This document shows, piece by piece, positions 11,178 through 20,898 of a stretch of DNA of 64,000 nt; within the stretch, counting starts at the first letter, position 1; every line of letters starts with the position of its first letter. The translations under genes were made by a program, and so were the position numbers. Source of the DNA: Leptospira sp. Lineage in GTDB: Bacteria; Spirochaetota; Leptospiria; Leptospirales; Leptospiraceae. The stretch lies in contig JAACWH010000033.1 in NCBI GenBank assembly GCA_009991425.1, forward strand, positions 302 through 64,301. Reading direction: 5' to 3'. A model generated the notes under the pieces. It did no database searches, was not told the origin of the DNA, and saw only the letters and a program-made list of their open reading frames with translations.

Positions 11178-11627
11178 ATGAAAATATTTAAGCAAATTCT
11201 ATTTCCATTAATGATTTGTATTATTTTTTTATTTACAAGCTCTGCTTGCACAATCTTCCAAAAGGATTCTACACCATCGATGGAAAGGGAAGCTTTAGGC
11301 CCAAATTCTCGCGAGTTCATGAAAATAGTAGAACAAAACTTTGTTGGCAAATGGCAGGCTCAATACATTGATAAGAATTCACGAATCATATCCTTAGAGT
11401 TAAATGTAAAGCCATTAGGTGAGAATAAATTCAACTGCACACTTCTTTTACCGAATGAACCTTTGCTTGAATTCAATACCAGTTATCAATTCGGAAAGAA
11501 TATGCTTGAAGGAGATGGTCTCATCATGAGTCCAATTTCTGGTGGGTATGCCGATGTTGGGCTGAAGGATCATCCACTTTTTCAAAATGAAGAATCCATA
11601 AAATTTGCATTAGTTCCTGATCCATAA
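11178..11627 (+). CDS. Hypothetical lipoprotein
   Basis: Signal peptide with lipobox-like 'LFTSSAC'. Confidence 0.6.
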   Translation: MKIFKQILFPLMICIIFLFTSSACTIFQKDSTPSMEREALGPNSREFMKIVEQNFVGKWQAQYIDKNSRIISLELNVKPLGENKFNCTLLLPNEPLLEFNTSYQFGKNMLEGDGLIMSPISGGYADVGLKDHPLFQNEESIKFALVPDP

Positions 11628-11663
11628 ATATTAAATTTTTATATAAAGTTGGAGAGCCCCAGA

Positions 11664-12746
11664 ATGAAAAAACTATACTATAAATCCAAATTGCTTACAT
11701 ACGTCTTGTCTATTCTAATCTTAGTTATAAGCTCAGAGTCATTATTTTCACAAAGTAATCCAGAACAATTAGATGCATACGAACTAGAAAAAGAACCTCT
11801 TCCAAAAAAGAAAGAAGATCCTTTTGAAGATTCTAATTCAAAATTAAAGTATTTTTCGATAAACCCTGGGCTAACACTAGAAAGTGTGACTGTAGATATT
11901 TCAGGCAGAGGAAATAATGCTACCATGACCCAAAAAGGGCCAGGCGAATTTACTTGGATGCTGGATGTGAAATCAAGGGATTTTCAAATCTCAGATTATG
12001 TTGGAATCCATTTGCTGATTCATAATTCAAACTTTTATCTTAATAACCAATTCGTCCCCCAACCTGCAGAAGTTAGTTCCGCTGAAGAAGAATCATCCTC
12101 TGGTGGAAGTGTGACAGGTAATCGAACTAAGCAAGATGTAAATACAAGGATGCAGGGATTTTATTCTATGACTATGCCCATCTTGTATATTGGGGAAGAA
12201 GGATCTGATTCGTATCGATTTGGACTTGGCTTTGGACCATCTAATGTTCGTTTGAATGGACAAGTTGATTTCCAAAATCCTAATATTACATCTACCTATC
12301 TTTTCTCTGATATATCTAATCGTGAAAATTTCTTAAATAATGTTTCTGCAATTCAGTTCCTCACTGGAAATATTAGCCCTACCTCAGGAGATCCTACAGT
12401 TAGTTATCTAATTGGAAATCTTTCTAGCGGCAATAACTTAGAAGCACTGGGTCTATACTTTGCTGCTAATCAATTGTTAAAGCCTGATCCCTTAGCATTT
12501 TATTTTTTATCATCTAGCCCTGGATTATATACACCCTTGGAAGCTCTCACCTTAGCGAGTCTATCCAGATCTCAAGTCAATATTGCAAAAAGAAATGCAT
12601 TTGCTTTTTTATTTTATTTCGAGACTCCTAAATTTGGTCCTTTAAAATTTCGACTTTCATTTGGTGGGCCAATATTCAAAGAGAATGGATATACGTATGA
12701 ATTTCGAACCTTCCATTTAGCATTATTCGCACCAATAGAATTCTAG
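11664..12746 (+). CDS. Hypothetical secreted/outer-membrane protein
   Basis: ATG at 11664 ('MKKLYYKSK...') is preceded by 'ggaga'. It has a signal peptide, and the C-terminus ends in Phe ('APIEF'). Confidence 0.6.
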   Translation: MKKLYYKSKLLTYVLSILILVISSESLFSQSNPEQLDAYELEKEPLPKKKEDPFEDSNSKLKYFSINPGLTLESVTVDISGRGNNATMTQKGPGEFTWMLDVKSRDFQISDYVGIHLLIHNSNFYLNNQFVPQPAEVSSAEEESSSGGSVTGNRTKQDVNTRMQGFYSMTMPILYIGEEGSDSYRFGLGFGPSNVRLNGQVDFQNPNITSTYLFSDISNRENFLNNVSAIQFLTGNISPTSGDPTVSYLIGNLSSGNNLEALGLYFAANQLLKPDPLAFYFLSSSPGLYTPLEALTLASLSRSQVNIAKRNAFAFLFYFETPKFGPLKFRLSFGGPIFKENGYTYEFRTFHLALFAPIEF

Positions 12747-12858
12747 CTTAGGCTAGTTTTTTTCTTTGGAAATCTCTATTTTGGTCGATTTTACTATTAG
12801 AATAGAAAAATCATTTGACATTATGTCACATTGGGCATTTCTAGCTAAGAGAGGATCT

Positions 12859-13014
12859 ATGTTTTATTTACTTCTAGCCCTACTCTATGAAGATTTAGTA
12901 GCTGGTCGAATGGACCAAGCCCAATACGAAGAAAATATTTCGTTGCTTGCTTTAGACCACGATCGATTGAAAGAAGAAGAATCTAAAGTAGATCATAAGA
13001 AATCAGCCGCCTAA
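12859..13014 (+). CDS. Small hypothetical protein (51 aa)
   Basis: ATG at 12859 follows 'agagagga'. Sequence 'MFYLLLALLYEDLVAGRMDQAQYEENISLL...'. The longer TTG start at 12766 is less convincing. Confidence 0.35.
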   Translation: MFYLLLALLYEDLVAGRMDQAQYEENISLLALDHDRLKEEESKVDHKKSAA

Positions 13015-13045
13015 TTATAATTATACTAAAATTAAATCAACATCA

Positions 13046-13061
13046 TGGTTCTTAATTTGTA
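13046..13061 (+). promoter_or_regulatory. Weak sigma-54 (-24/-12)-like element upstream of the Amt fusion gene
   Basis: 'TGGTTC-ttaat-TTGTA' compared with the consensus TGGCAC-N5-TTGCA. GG is conserved, but the -12 element is GT instead of GC. It lies 115 nt upstream of the ATG. Confidence 0.25.
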
Positions 13062-13175
13062 TCAATATGTCCTCGAAATTTTTTTAGTGAAAAAATTTGA
13101 GAAATATTTAAATTACTAAATTTTTTTCTTTTTTTCTGACTTGATCAAAAGTGTTTCAAATAGAATCTCATCATT

Positions 13176-15305
13176 ATGCTCCAAGGAAAATTTGACATCC
13201 TCTGGCTTATCATTTGCTCGGGACTTGTATTCTTTATGCAAGCAGGTTTTCTTTGCTTAGAGTCTGGACTTACACGTACTAAAAATTCTATAAATGTTGC
13301 AATCAAAAATATAACTGATTTTGGAATAGCAACTATAGTATATTATACGATTGGATTTGGTTTCATGTATGGTTTTAGTTATTCTGGATTTATTGGAATA
13401 GATCATTTTCTTACAGATTTTTCATTTTCTGAACCACAAATTCCTGTATTTTTTCTCTTCCAATTGATGTTTTGTGGTACTGCGGCGACCATCGTTTCTG
13501 GTGCTGTTGCTGAGCGAATGAAATTTAGTGCTTATATCATTGTAACTACTTTAATTTCATCTATAATCTATCCGATTTTTGGTCATTGGGCTTGGGGGAA
13601 AAGTCTAGTAAGATTTTCAACTGAAACAGGATGGCTAGCCAAACTAGGGTTTGTAGATTTTGCTGGATCTACCGTCGTACATAGTGTAGGTGGTTGGGTA
13701 GGCTTAGTTGCAATGATCATCATTGGAAGCAGAACGGGCAAGTTTGGGAAGAACGGTGAAGTAAAAAATATAACAGGACACAATCTACCGATTGCTATGT
13801 TAGGAACTCTTATCCTGTGGTTTGGCTGGATTGGTTTTAATGGTGGAAGCACCTTATCTTTCTCATCAAAAATTCCTGGAATCCTCGCAAATACCATGTT
13901 ATCTGCCTCTGGAGGAATGGCTTCTGCCTTGATTTATGGTTGGATTCGATTGAAATATGCAGAGGCAACACTACCACTGAATGGCGCCTTAGTTGGATTA
14001 GTTGCTATTACTGCATCCTGTCATGCGGTAAGCTCCACCGACTCTTTAATCATAGGAATCATTTCTGGAGTTCTCATGTTTGAAACTCGTCAAATATTAG
14101 AACGTCTACGATTAGATGATGCAGTTGGAGCTATCCCCGTCCATTTAACAGGTGGAATTTGGGGAACTATAGCTGTTGGAATATTTGGTGATTATACCTT
14201 GCTTGGAACAGGACTGAGTCGTATCTCTCAAATCAACACTCAGATTATTGGGATTCTTAGCTGTGCTGTTTTTGCATTTGGTTTGAGCTTTATAATTCTT
14301 AGTCTTGTGAATCATTTTTATAAACTAAGAGTATCTGTAGAAAGTGAGCGGCAGGGATTGAATTATGCGGAACATAAAGCTACAACGGAACTAACAGACT
14401 TATTCATGGAGATGGAATACCAAAAGCAAACGGGTGACCTAAGCTCTAACCTTACTATAGAACCATTCACAGAAGTGGGACAAATTGCCGAAAGATATAA
14501 CCTTGTATTGAATAAAATCAGATCGAATATTAGCGAAAAGGAAGAATTAACTAACCAATTAGAAGCAAATTTAAAAAATATCCAAAGTGATCTTTCTACA
14601 GCTAGCAAAATCCAATCCAGTATCTTATCTCAAGAAGATCGAAACATTGGAGGACTTGAAATAGGAATTCGTTATATTCCCTTAACAGAAGTAGGAGGAG
14701 ACTTCTTCCACATAACAGAACTTAAGCCTGGATTAACAAGAATTTTCTTGGCAGATGCAACTGGCCACGGGGTTCAAGCTGCACTGATCACCATGGTGAT
14801 CAAAACTCTATACGAGTCTTTGAACAAAACAATATATTCTGTTCATGAGATGCTTTATTATTTAAATAATGAATTCATTTCATCCTTTCAAAATTTAAAT
14901 CAATTCTTTACTTGTATAATCGCTGATATTGATACCAAAAGGAATACCATTAAATATTCTTCCGCAGGACATAACAATCAGTATCTAATAAATAAAGGTG
15001 TTATTACAAAATTAGAGAAAAAAGGGAGAATGATAGGCGTTCTACGAGATTCCAAATACTCCGGACAAGAATTGGAATTTGGAATAGATGGACAATTGTT
15101 GCTCTTTACCGATGGCTTAACCGAAGAATTCAATCAGGAAAATGAAGAATTCGGAGAACATAGATTAGACGAAATAATTAAAAACAAAGGTAATATCTCC
15201 ATTAGCAAATACTTAGATACAATCCTAACCTTGCAAAGAGACTTTTTAAGAGGAATTGCTTTACAAGATGATACAACTATTCTTGGTATCCATCGCAAAA
15301 TCTGA
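13176..15305 (+). CDS. Ammonium transporter (Amt) fused to a PP2C/SpoIIE-type serine phosphatase
   Basis: N-terminal ~400 aa are polytopic and carry the Amt signature 'DFAGSTVVHSVGGWVGL'. A coiled linker follows. The C-terminus has PP2C motifs 'EVGGDFFHI', 'LADATGHGVQAAL', 'LFTDGLTEE' and 'LQDDTTILG'. Confidence 0.85.
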   Translation: MLQGKFDILWLIICSGLVFFMQAGFLCLESGLTRTKNSINVAIKNITDFGIATIVYYTIGFGFMYGFSYSGFIGIDHFLTDFSFSEPQIPVFFLFQLMFCGTAATIVSGAVAERMKFSAYIIVTTLISSIIYPIFGHWAWGKSLVRFSTETGWLAKLGFVDFAGSTVVHSVGGWVGLVAMIIIGSRTGKFGKNGEVKNITGHNLPIAMLGTLILWFGWIGFNGGSTLSFSSKIPGILANTMLSASGGMASALIYGWIRLKYAEATLPLNGALVGLVAITASCHAVSSTDSLIIGIISGVLMFETRQILERLRLDDAVGAIPVHLTGGIWGTIAVGIFGDYTLLGTGLSRISQINTQIIGILSCAVFAFGLSFIILSLVNHFYKLRVSVESERQGLNYAEHKATTELTDLFMEMEYQKQTGDLSSNLTIEPFTEVGQIAERYNLVLNKIRSNISEKEELTNQLEANLKNIQSDLSTASKIQSSILSQEDRNIGGLEIGIRYIPLTEVGGDFFHITELKPGLTRIFLADATGHGVQAALITMVIKTLYESLNKTIYSVHEMLYYLNNEFISSFQNLNQFFTCIIADIDTKRNTIKYSSAGHNNQYLINKGVITKLEKKGRMIGVLRDSKYSGQELEFGIDGQLLLFTDGLTEEFNQENEEFGEHRLDEIIKNKGNISISKYLDTILTLQRDFLRGIALQDDTTILGIHRKI

Positions 15306-15381
15306 TTTTTGCGTAAGTTCAATAATCTTTCTGCATATTTTTTATTGACAATTGTAATAATATTTTAAATGTTTTTTAATT

Positions 15382-15663
15382 ATGAAAAAACAAATTCTAA
15401 TTAGTTTAATTCTTGGTTCTGCATTTTTCCTAAGTGCAGATATTTCAGCGAAATGTTTTGCTTTTTCCAAAGCGAAAGATGTTTCTGTTTGTGTTGATGG
15501 AAATGACAACAAAGCTCGTGGTAAAGCAAAAGATGCCTGCAAGAAAAATACAGGAAAAGATTGCGGAAATGTGACTGGTTATTCAGGTTCTAAGTGCAAC
15601 TCTGGCAAAGTAAATTGTGTTGATTCATCAGGAAAAGTTCAGAAGAAAATTTCAGTAGATTGA
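15382..15663 (+). CDS. Small secreted Cys/Lys-rich protein
   Basis: 93 aa with a signal peptide 'MKKQILISLILGSAFFLSADISA'. The mature part has 6 Cys and many Lys. A strong hairpin terminator follows. Confidence 0.6.
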   Translation: MKKQILISLILGSAFFLSADISAKCFAFSKAKDVSVCVDGNDNKARGKAKDACKKNTGKDCGNVTGYSGSKCNSGKVNCVDSSGKVQKKISVD

Positions 15664-15700
15664 TTGAAAAAGTAATTTAATTCACTATTTTATAAATTTA

Positions 15701-15735
15701 AAAGATTCCAAATTAATTTCTTGGAATCTTTTTCT
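15701..15735 (+). terminator. Rho-independent terminator
   Basis: Perfect 11-bp stem 'aaagattccaa'/'ttggaatcttt' with a 9-nt loop, followed by 'ttct'. Confidence 0.7.
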
Positions 15736-15816
15736 ACTTTCAATCTATCTTTCTGACTTGATTGCTCGCTTTCTCAATTTAATTTGACTCCATACTATAA
15801 ATAGGATGGATATTTC

Positions 15817-16995
15817 ATGAGCAACGCAACTGTTCTTGACCAATTACAAGCGGATAATAAGAAACTATTTCTACAATTTGGAGGACAGGGTTCTCCCTGG
15901 ATTAAAGAACTTTCTAAACTATACCAAGAGCCTAGTCTTAAAGAATTTTTCGACATTACATTTTCTACAATAGATAAAGAAGTTAAACGAGCTAATAATT
16001 CCAGTTTTTTTGACCAAGGCTTTGAATTAAAATCCTGGTTAGAAAATCCTGAATCTGCTCCTTCAGATGATTATTTATGCAGAGCAGCTATTTCTGTTCC
16101 TACCATTATGGCTACTCAGGTTGGAAATTATTTATTTCTTGCAAATAATGGTTATACTGCTGAAAGACTTGTATCTCTTGCAGCTGGAGCCTCAGGACAC
16201 AGCCAAGGAATTATCGCAGCTTGCCTGATTGCATTAGGTAAAAGTGGTGCAGATTTTCTAAAAGCATATTCAGATTTCTTATCATTTGAATTCTGGATGG
16301 GATTTAGAGGGCAGGAAGCCTATCCTAATTTCCAAGTTAGCCAAGATCTTATTGACAAAAATCTAGCTAATGGTGATAAAAATCCCGCTCCTATGGTAGC
16401 CGTAATAGGTTACAACAAAGAGGAGTTAGAGCAAAGAGTTAATCAGTTCAATAAAGATAAGAACCTGGATGAGAAAACTTCTGTTTATATCAGTTTATAC
16501 AACACTCCTGATTCCATGATACTTTCTACAATGCCAGAATCTCTGTTAGCTTTTAGGACACACTTCAAAGCAGAAATGGACGAAAGAAAAGCAAAATTCG
16601 TTTATTTAAAAACTACTGCTCCCTTCCATTGTCCTTTTATGAATTCTACCTGGCCAGAATTCAAGGCCAAAGATTATGACTATCTTGCCTTCAACTACAA
16701 AGGCTCTGACCTTAAAATTCCAGTTTATGGCATTTTTGATGGAAAGAATCTACAAGAAGTAGAAGATCTGAAAGAAAGACTTTTCAAAACCGTACTAATA
16801 GAACCCTTATACTGGGACAAAGCAATCGCACCTCTTTGGACAGATGCATCTATCTCTACAATATTGGATTACGGTCCTTCAACAGTAAGCCAGAAGTTAA
16901 GTGGTGGACATTTAAAAGCAAAAGAAATTGAAAAGCAATCTCTTTCAGCATCAAGCCCAAAGGAAATCAAAGTTCTCTTAGGAACGAAAGAATAA
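15817..16995 (+). CDS. Stand-alone acyltransferase of the malonyl/acetyl-CoA:ACP transacylase superfamily (type I FAS AT-like)
   Basis: 'FGGQGSPW' and the active-site motif 'GASGHSQGIIAA' (GHSxG). From memory, these variants look more like the fungal/CMN type I FAS acyltransferase than FabD ('FPGQGSQ', 'GHSLGE'). Confidence 0.7.
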   Translation: MSNATVLDQLQADNKKLFLQFGGQGSPWIKELSKLYQEPSLKEFFDITFSTIDKEVKRANNSSFFDQGFELKSWLENPESAPSDDYLCRAAISVPTIMATQVGNYLFLANNGYTAERLVSLAAGASGHSQGIIAACLIALGKSGADFLKAYSDFLSFEFWMGFRGQEAYPNFQVSQDLIDKNLANGDKNPAPMVAVIGYNKEELEQRVNQFNKDKNLDEKTSVYISLYNTPDSMILSTMPESLLAFRTHFKAEMDERKAKFVYLKTTAPFHCPFMNSTWPEFKAKDYDYLAFNYKGSDLKIPVYGIFDGKNLQEVEDLKERLFKTVLIEPLYWDKAIAPLWTDASISTILDYGPSTVSQKLSGGHLKAKEIEKQSLSASSPKEIKVLLGTKE

Positions 16996-17033
16996 GAACC
17001 CTTTCATTCAATGCCTTGGTTTGATTTATCAGC

Positions 17034-17048
17034 CAATTCATTGAATTG
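17034..17048. promoter_or_regulatory. Perfect 7-1-7 palindrome upstream of the WYL regulator gene
   Basis: 'caattcaTtgaattg' lies 22 nt upstream of the ATG at 17071. A related 'ttcattcaatg' arm is at 17003-17013. Confidence 0.3.
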
Positions 17049-17070
17049 AAGAAGTTTCATACACACTCAG

Positions 17071-18075
17071 ATGAATCCTAAGACTCGAGAAACTGCAGTC
17101 CGACTAAACTTAATTCGTTTACTGAGTTCAAGTCCAAATGGACTTAGCTTTGAAGAATTAAAAAAAGGTTCTGGAATTAGCTCAGAGGCAGAACTCAAGA
17201 AAGCTTTAGGAAAATTGTATATGGTAGGAACCTATCCTTATACTCCTTTAGATTATTTAGAGCTGGAATATGATGGAGCAAGAGTTCGCTTGCTCATTCC
17301 GCAAAATATTGACAAAACTATAGTTCTTACTTCTAGAGAATGGATTTTACTTAGAGATTCATTGGAGTCGCAACTTGCTGAAAATGGATCTACTCTCCTT
17401 AAAAGTGAAGTTCTAACTATCCAAGATTTATTATTAAAGATAAAAAAGATAGTTCCCTACAATACTATTGAATCTTTTTCTTCAATGAAAAAAATCATAC
17501 GCGATTCAATAGCCAAAAAGAAATCCTTAGAATTCAAATATAAAACCAGAGAAGATAAAAATATATCCAATGAAGATGCTATTGAACTCAGGAAAGTAGA
17601 TCCTTGGTATCTATTAGAATCTAGCATTGATTATTTAGTAGCCTACTGTCATTCTCGAAAGAATGTTAGAATCTTTCGTTTAGAATCTATTTTCGAACTA
17701 CAAAGCACTGCTTCTTCTTTCGAATTTCCTTCCGAACAGTTGACACAAAATGCTATAGATCAATTCCAAAGATTTCTTATAAGCTCGAGCAATGAGTCTG
17801 AACTCGCAACAATTTGGCATACAAGAGAATCCTTTTACCACTTAAATCTTATTTTCGAATTAAAAGTTACTAAAAATATAAAGACATTTGGGGAAACAGA
17901 AATGATTCAATCTGTCTGCAAAATTCGAGACCACCAATGGTTCATAGAAAGTATTCTTTCATTTTTGCCAGACGTCATAATTCATGAGCCGATTGATTTA
18001 AAAGAAAAATTCCTAGCTTATATCAATAAGGCAAAGCAAAATTCCTTAATTATAAATTCACGACTAACTGAATAA
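17071..18075 (+). CDS. HTH + WYL domain transcriptional regulator
   Basis: WYL-domain signature 'VDPWYLLESSIDYLVAYCHSRKNVRIFRLESI'. The N-terminal region is winged-helix-like. Confidence 0.7.
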   Translation: MNPKTRETAVRLNLIRLLSSSPNGLSFEELKKGSGISSEAELKKALGKLYMVGTYPYTPLDYLELEYDGARVRLLIPQNIDKTIVLTSREWILLRDSLESQLAENGSTLLKSEVLTIQDLLLKIKKIVPYNTIESFSSMKKIIRDSIAKKKSLEFKYKTREDKNISNEDAIELRKVDPWYLLESSIDYLVAYCHSRKNVRIFRLESIFELQSTASSFEFPSEQLTQNAIDQFQRFLISSSNESELATIWHTRESFYHLNLIFELKVTKNIKTFGETEMIQSVCKIRDHQWFIESILSFLPDVIIHEPIDLKEKFLAYINKAKQNSLIINSRLTE

Positions 18076-18121
18076 GATTACGAAATATTTTAATTAAAAA
18101 ATTTAAAAGCAATATATTATT

Positions 18122-19072
18122 ATGGAACTTTTTTCCCCTGCAAAAATTAACCTAGGCTTAAGAATACTCTATAAAAGAGAAACCGACAATTACCACGAGC
18201 TAGAAAGTATATTTGTAAAATTAAATTGGGGTGATATTTTTAAAATATCAGAAAATAATTTCTTCCGCAATGAAGAAATAGCTAATAAGGAAAGTTCCAC
18301 ATTCTACAGTTCCCCAGAAATAGATATCAAAGTAGATTTTAGAATGTCTTCTGAAAAAATGAAAATGCTTCTGCCAAGTTTTCAAGAAATTGAATGGAAT
18401 AAAAATTTAATTTTACGAGCTTACCAAAAAGTAAAAGAAGTAAACCCAAAAATTCCTAAAATATTCATCCACCTAACGAAAATTATTCCACCTGGTGCAG
18501 GCTTAGGTGGTGGTTCATCAAATGCTGCTTGCATTTTACAATTTTTTCAACAAAGCAATTATGTCTCATATAACACTATCCAAGATATAGCACCAAAGCT
18601 AGGGGCAGATGTGCCTTTTTTTCTTATAGATGGCTCTGCTTGGGTTACTGGTATTGGTGAAGAATTAGAGTCGATAAGAATACCAAGAGCATATGGCGTG
18701 CTTGCAGTACCAACAGAGTCACTTTCTACACCATTGATGTATGCTAAGTTGAAATCACCTTTACAAAAACCCCGACCCTCAAAAAGATGGAAATCTCAAG
18801 AAGGTAGGGTACTTACCTCTTTAGAAAATGGGGATTGGAAGTCACTACGAACGCTCTTAGTCAATGACTTTGAGAAAGTTGCATACGAAATCCATCCAAA
18901 TTTACTAAAGATAAGAGATACTTTCTATGGTTTAGGATCTGATTATTCTTCCCTTACGGGCTCTGGCTCTAGTATTTATGGTTTAATGAAAACTATAGAA
19001 CAGCAAGAAATTATTCTAAATCAAATGGAAACTGAATTTCCTAATTTGGAAGTGATACCCTTCTCCTTTTGA
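18122..19072 (+). CDS. ispE: 4-diphosphocytidyl-2-C-methyl-D-erythritol kinase
   Basis: 'SPAKINLGLRI' and the GHMP kinase motif 'PPGAGLGGGSSNAA'. Confidence 0.9.
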   Translation: MELFSPAKINLGLRILYKRETDNYHELESIFVKLNWGDIFKISENNFFRNEEIANKESSTFYSSPEIDIKVDFRMSSEKMKMLLPSFQEIEWNKNLILRAYQKVKEVNPKIPKIFIHLTKIIPPGAGLGGGSSNAACILQFFQQSNYVSYNTIQDIAPKLGADVPFFLIDGSAWVTGIGEELESIRIPRAYGVLAVPTESLSTPLMYAKLKSPLQKPRPSKRWKSQEGRVLTSLENGDWKSLRTLLVNDFEKVAYEIHPNLLKIRDTFYGLGSDYSSLTGSGSSIYGLMKTIEQQEIILNQMETEFPNLEVIPFSF

Positions 19073-19076
19073 AAAT

Positions 19077-19149
<73 letters not shown>

Positions 19150-19182
19150 CAATTTTATTCATTTTGATTGGAATACTAATAG

Positions 19183-19941
19183 ATGAACATTCTTTCGAAT
19201 ACAACCGCAGTGATCCTTGCGGCGGGAAAGGGAACTCGCATGAAAAGCGAACACCCCAAAGTGGCTACTGCTCTAGCAGGAAGGCCTCTTCTCGTACATG
19301 TGATGGATCACCTAAAGAATGCTAACGTCAACAAACAGATCATAGTAGTCGGCTATAAGAAAGAAGAAGTTATATCTATTTGCAAAGGAAGAGAAGACCT
19401 TACTTTTTGCGAACAGAAAGAACAATTAGGAACAGGTCATGCTGTTCTTGTATGTAAAGACGCATTGAAAGATTTTCAAGGAACTGTTCTTGTTGCTTGT
19501 GGAGACGCTCCGATGATCTCCCCAACCTCCTTTAGCTCTCTAATCGAACTTCATACTAGCGGTAAATATGCGGCTACTATAATGTCAGCCGAAATGGACA
19601 AACCTCATGGTTATGGTAGAATCATCCGCAGCGCTGATGACGGCTCTGTCCTGCGAATAGTTGAAGAAAAAGATGCAAATCCAGAAGAGAAATCAGTAAA
19701 AGAAGTAAATACAGGAACCTATTGCTTCTCATCTGAATATCTCTGGGATGGCCTAGCTTCTGTGGGTAATTCTAACTCCCAGAATGAGTATTATCTACCC
19801 GATCTTATTAAAATTTTCCGTGAAAAGAATCTTAAGGTTGGTGCTATGAAGCTAAAAAGTTCTATAGAAAGCTATGGCATCAACTCACCTGAGGATTTAG
19901 AATTTCTATCAAATATAATAGCGACGGTTCCTAAAAAATGA
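19183..19941 (+). CDS. Sugar-1-phosphate nucleotidyltransferase (GlmU N-terminal uridyltransferase-like; no acetyltransferase domain)
   Basis: '[14 protein letters not shown]' and '[12 protein letters not shown]'. It is only 252 aa, so the left-handed beta-helix half of GlmU is missing. Confidence 0.8.
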   Translation: MNILSNTTAVILAAGKGTRMKSEHPKVATALAGRPLLVHVMDHLKNANVNKQIIVVGYKKEEVISICKGREDLTFCEQKEQLGTGHAVLVCKDALKDFQGTVLVACGDAPMISPTSFSSLIELHTSGKYAATIMSAEMDKPHGYGRIIRSADDGSVLRIVEEKDANPEEKSVKEVNTGTYCFSSEYLWDGLASVGNSNSQNEYYLPDLIKIFREKNLKVGAMKLKSSIESYGINSPEDLEFLSNIIATVPKK

Positions 19942-20882
19942 GCGATAAAGATTCTATATTAATCTTTTCAGGTTCTGCGAACAAGCCTCTGGCTTCGGAA
20001 ATTTGCAAAGCAACAAATGTTCACGAAGGTGCAATTAACATAAAGAAATTTAGTGATGGGGAAGTAAGCGTTCGTATAGAAGAGAATGTTCGTGGCAGGG
20101 ACGTATTTGTAATCCAACCTACCAGCTTTCCAGCTAATGATCATTTGATGGAACTTATATTAATCATGGATGCTTTGCGTAGAGCATCTGCACGAAGAGT
20201 AACGGCCGTTCTTCCTTATTATGGTTATGGCAGACAGGATCGTAAAGTTGAACCTAGGGTACCTATCTCTGCCAGAGTTGTTGCGGATTTAATCCAGACT
20301 ATGCTTCCACATAGATTGTTAACTATGGATCTGCATGCAGATCAAATCCAAGGATTCTTTTCTATTCCTGTGGATCATTTATTTTTTGCCCCTGTATTAG
20401 CTGAGTATATCAATTCTAAAAACTTGCGAGATCTTGTTATAGTTTCGCCTGATTCCGGTGGAGCTGAGAGAGCTAGGTTTTTTGGTAAGAAAGTAAATGG
20501 TGGGCTAGCTATCATTGACAAGAGACGACCAAGAGCCAATGAATCAGAAGTTATGAATGTCATCGGTGATGTAAAAGATAAAAACTGCCTTATACTAGAT
20601 GATATGATCGATACTGGTGGAACAATTGGAAAGGCGGCAAAGGCCCTGAAAGAAAATGGTGCTCTTTCAGTTATTTGCTGTGCAACTCATGCAGTTTTAT
20701 CTGGAGAAGCACCTAACATATTAAACTCAGCGAATTTTGATGAGGTTGTATTATCCAATACAATTCATATTCCAGATTCAAAGAAAATCAATAACCTAAA
20801 GGTATTATCTATAGCTCCACTTTTTTCAAGAGCAATTCAGATTATACACAACGAAGAATCAATTAGCAGTCTTTTTATATAA
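19938..20882 (+). CDS. prs: Ribose-phosphate pyrophosphokinase
   Basis: '[12 protein letters not shown]' and the PRPP-binding motif '[10 protein letters not shown]'. Confidence 0.95.
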   Translation: MSDKDSILIFSGSANKPLASEICKATNVHEGAINIKKFSDGEVSVRIEENVRGRDVFVIQPTSFPANDHLMELILIMDALRRASARRVTAVLPYYGYGRQDRKVEPRVPISARVVADLIQTMLPHRLLTMDLHADQIQGFFSIPVDHLFFAPVLAEYINSKNLRDLVIVSPDSGGAERARFFGKKVNGGLAIIDKRRPRANESEVMNVIGDVKDKNCLILDDMIDTGGTIGKAAKALKENGALSVICCATHAVLSGEAPNILNSANFDEVVLSNTIHIPDSKKINNLKVLSIAPLFSRAIQIIHNEESISSLFI

Positions 20883-20898
20883 ACAACGAGGAAATAAA

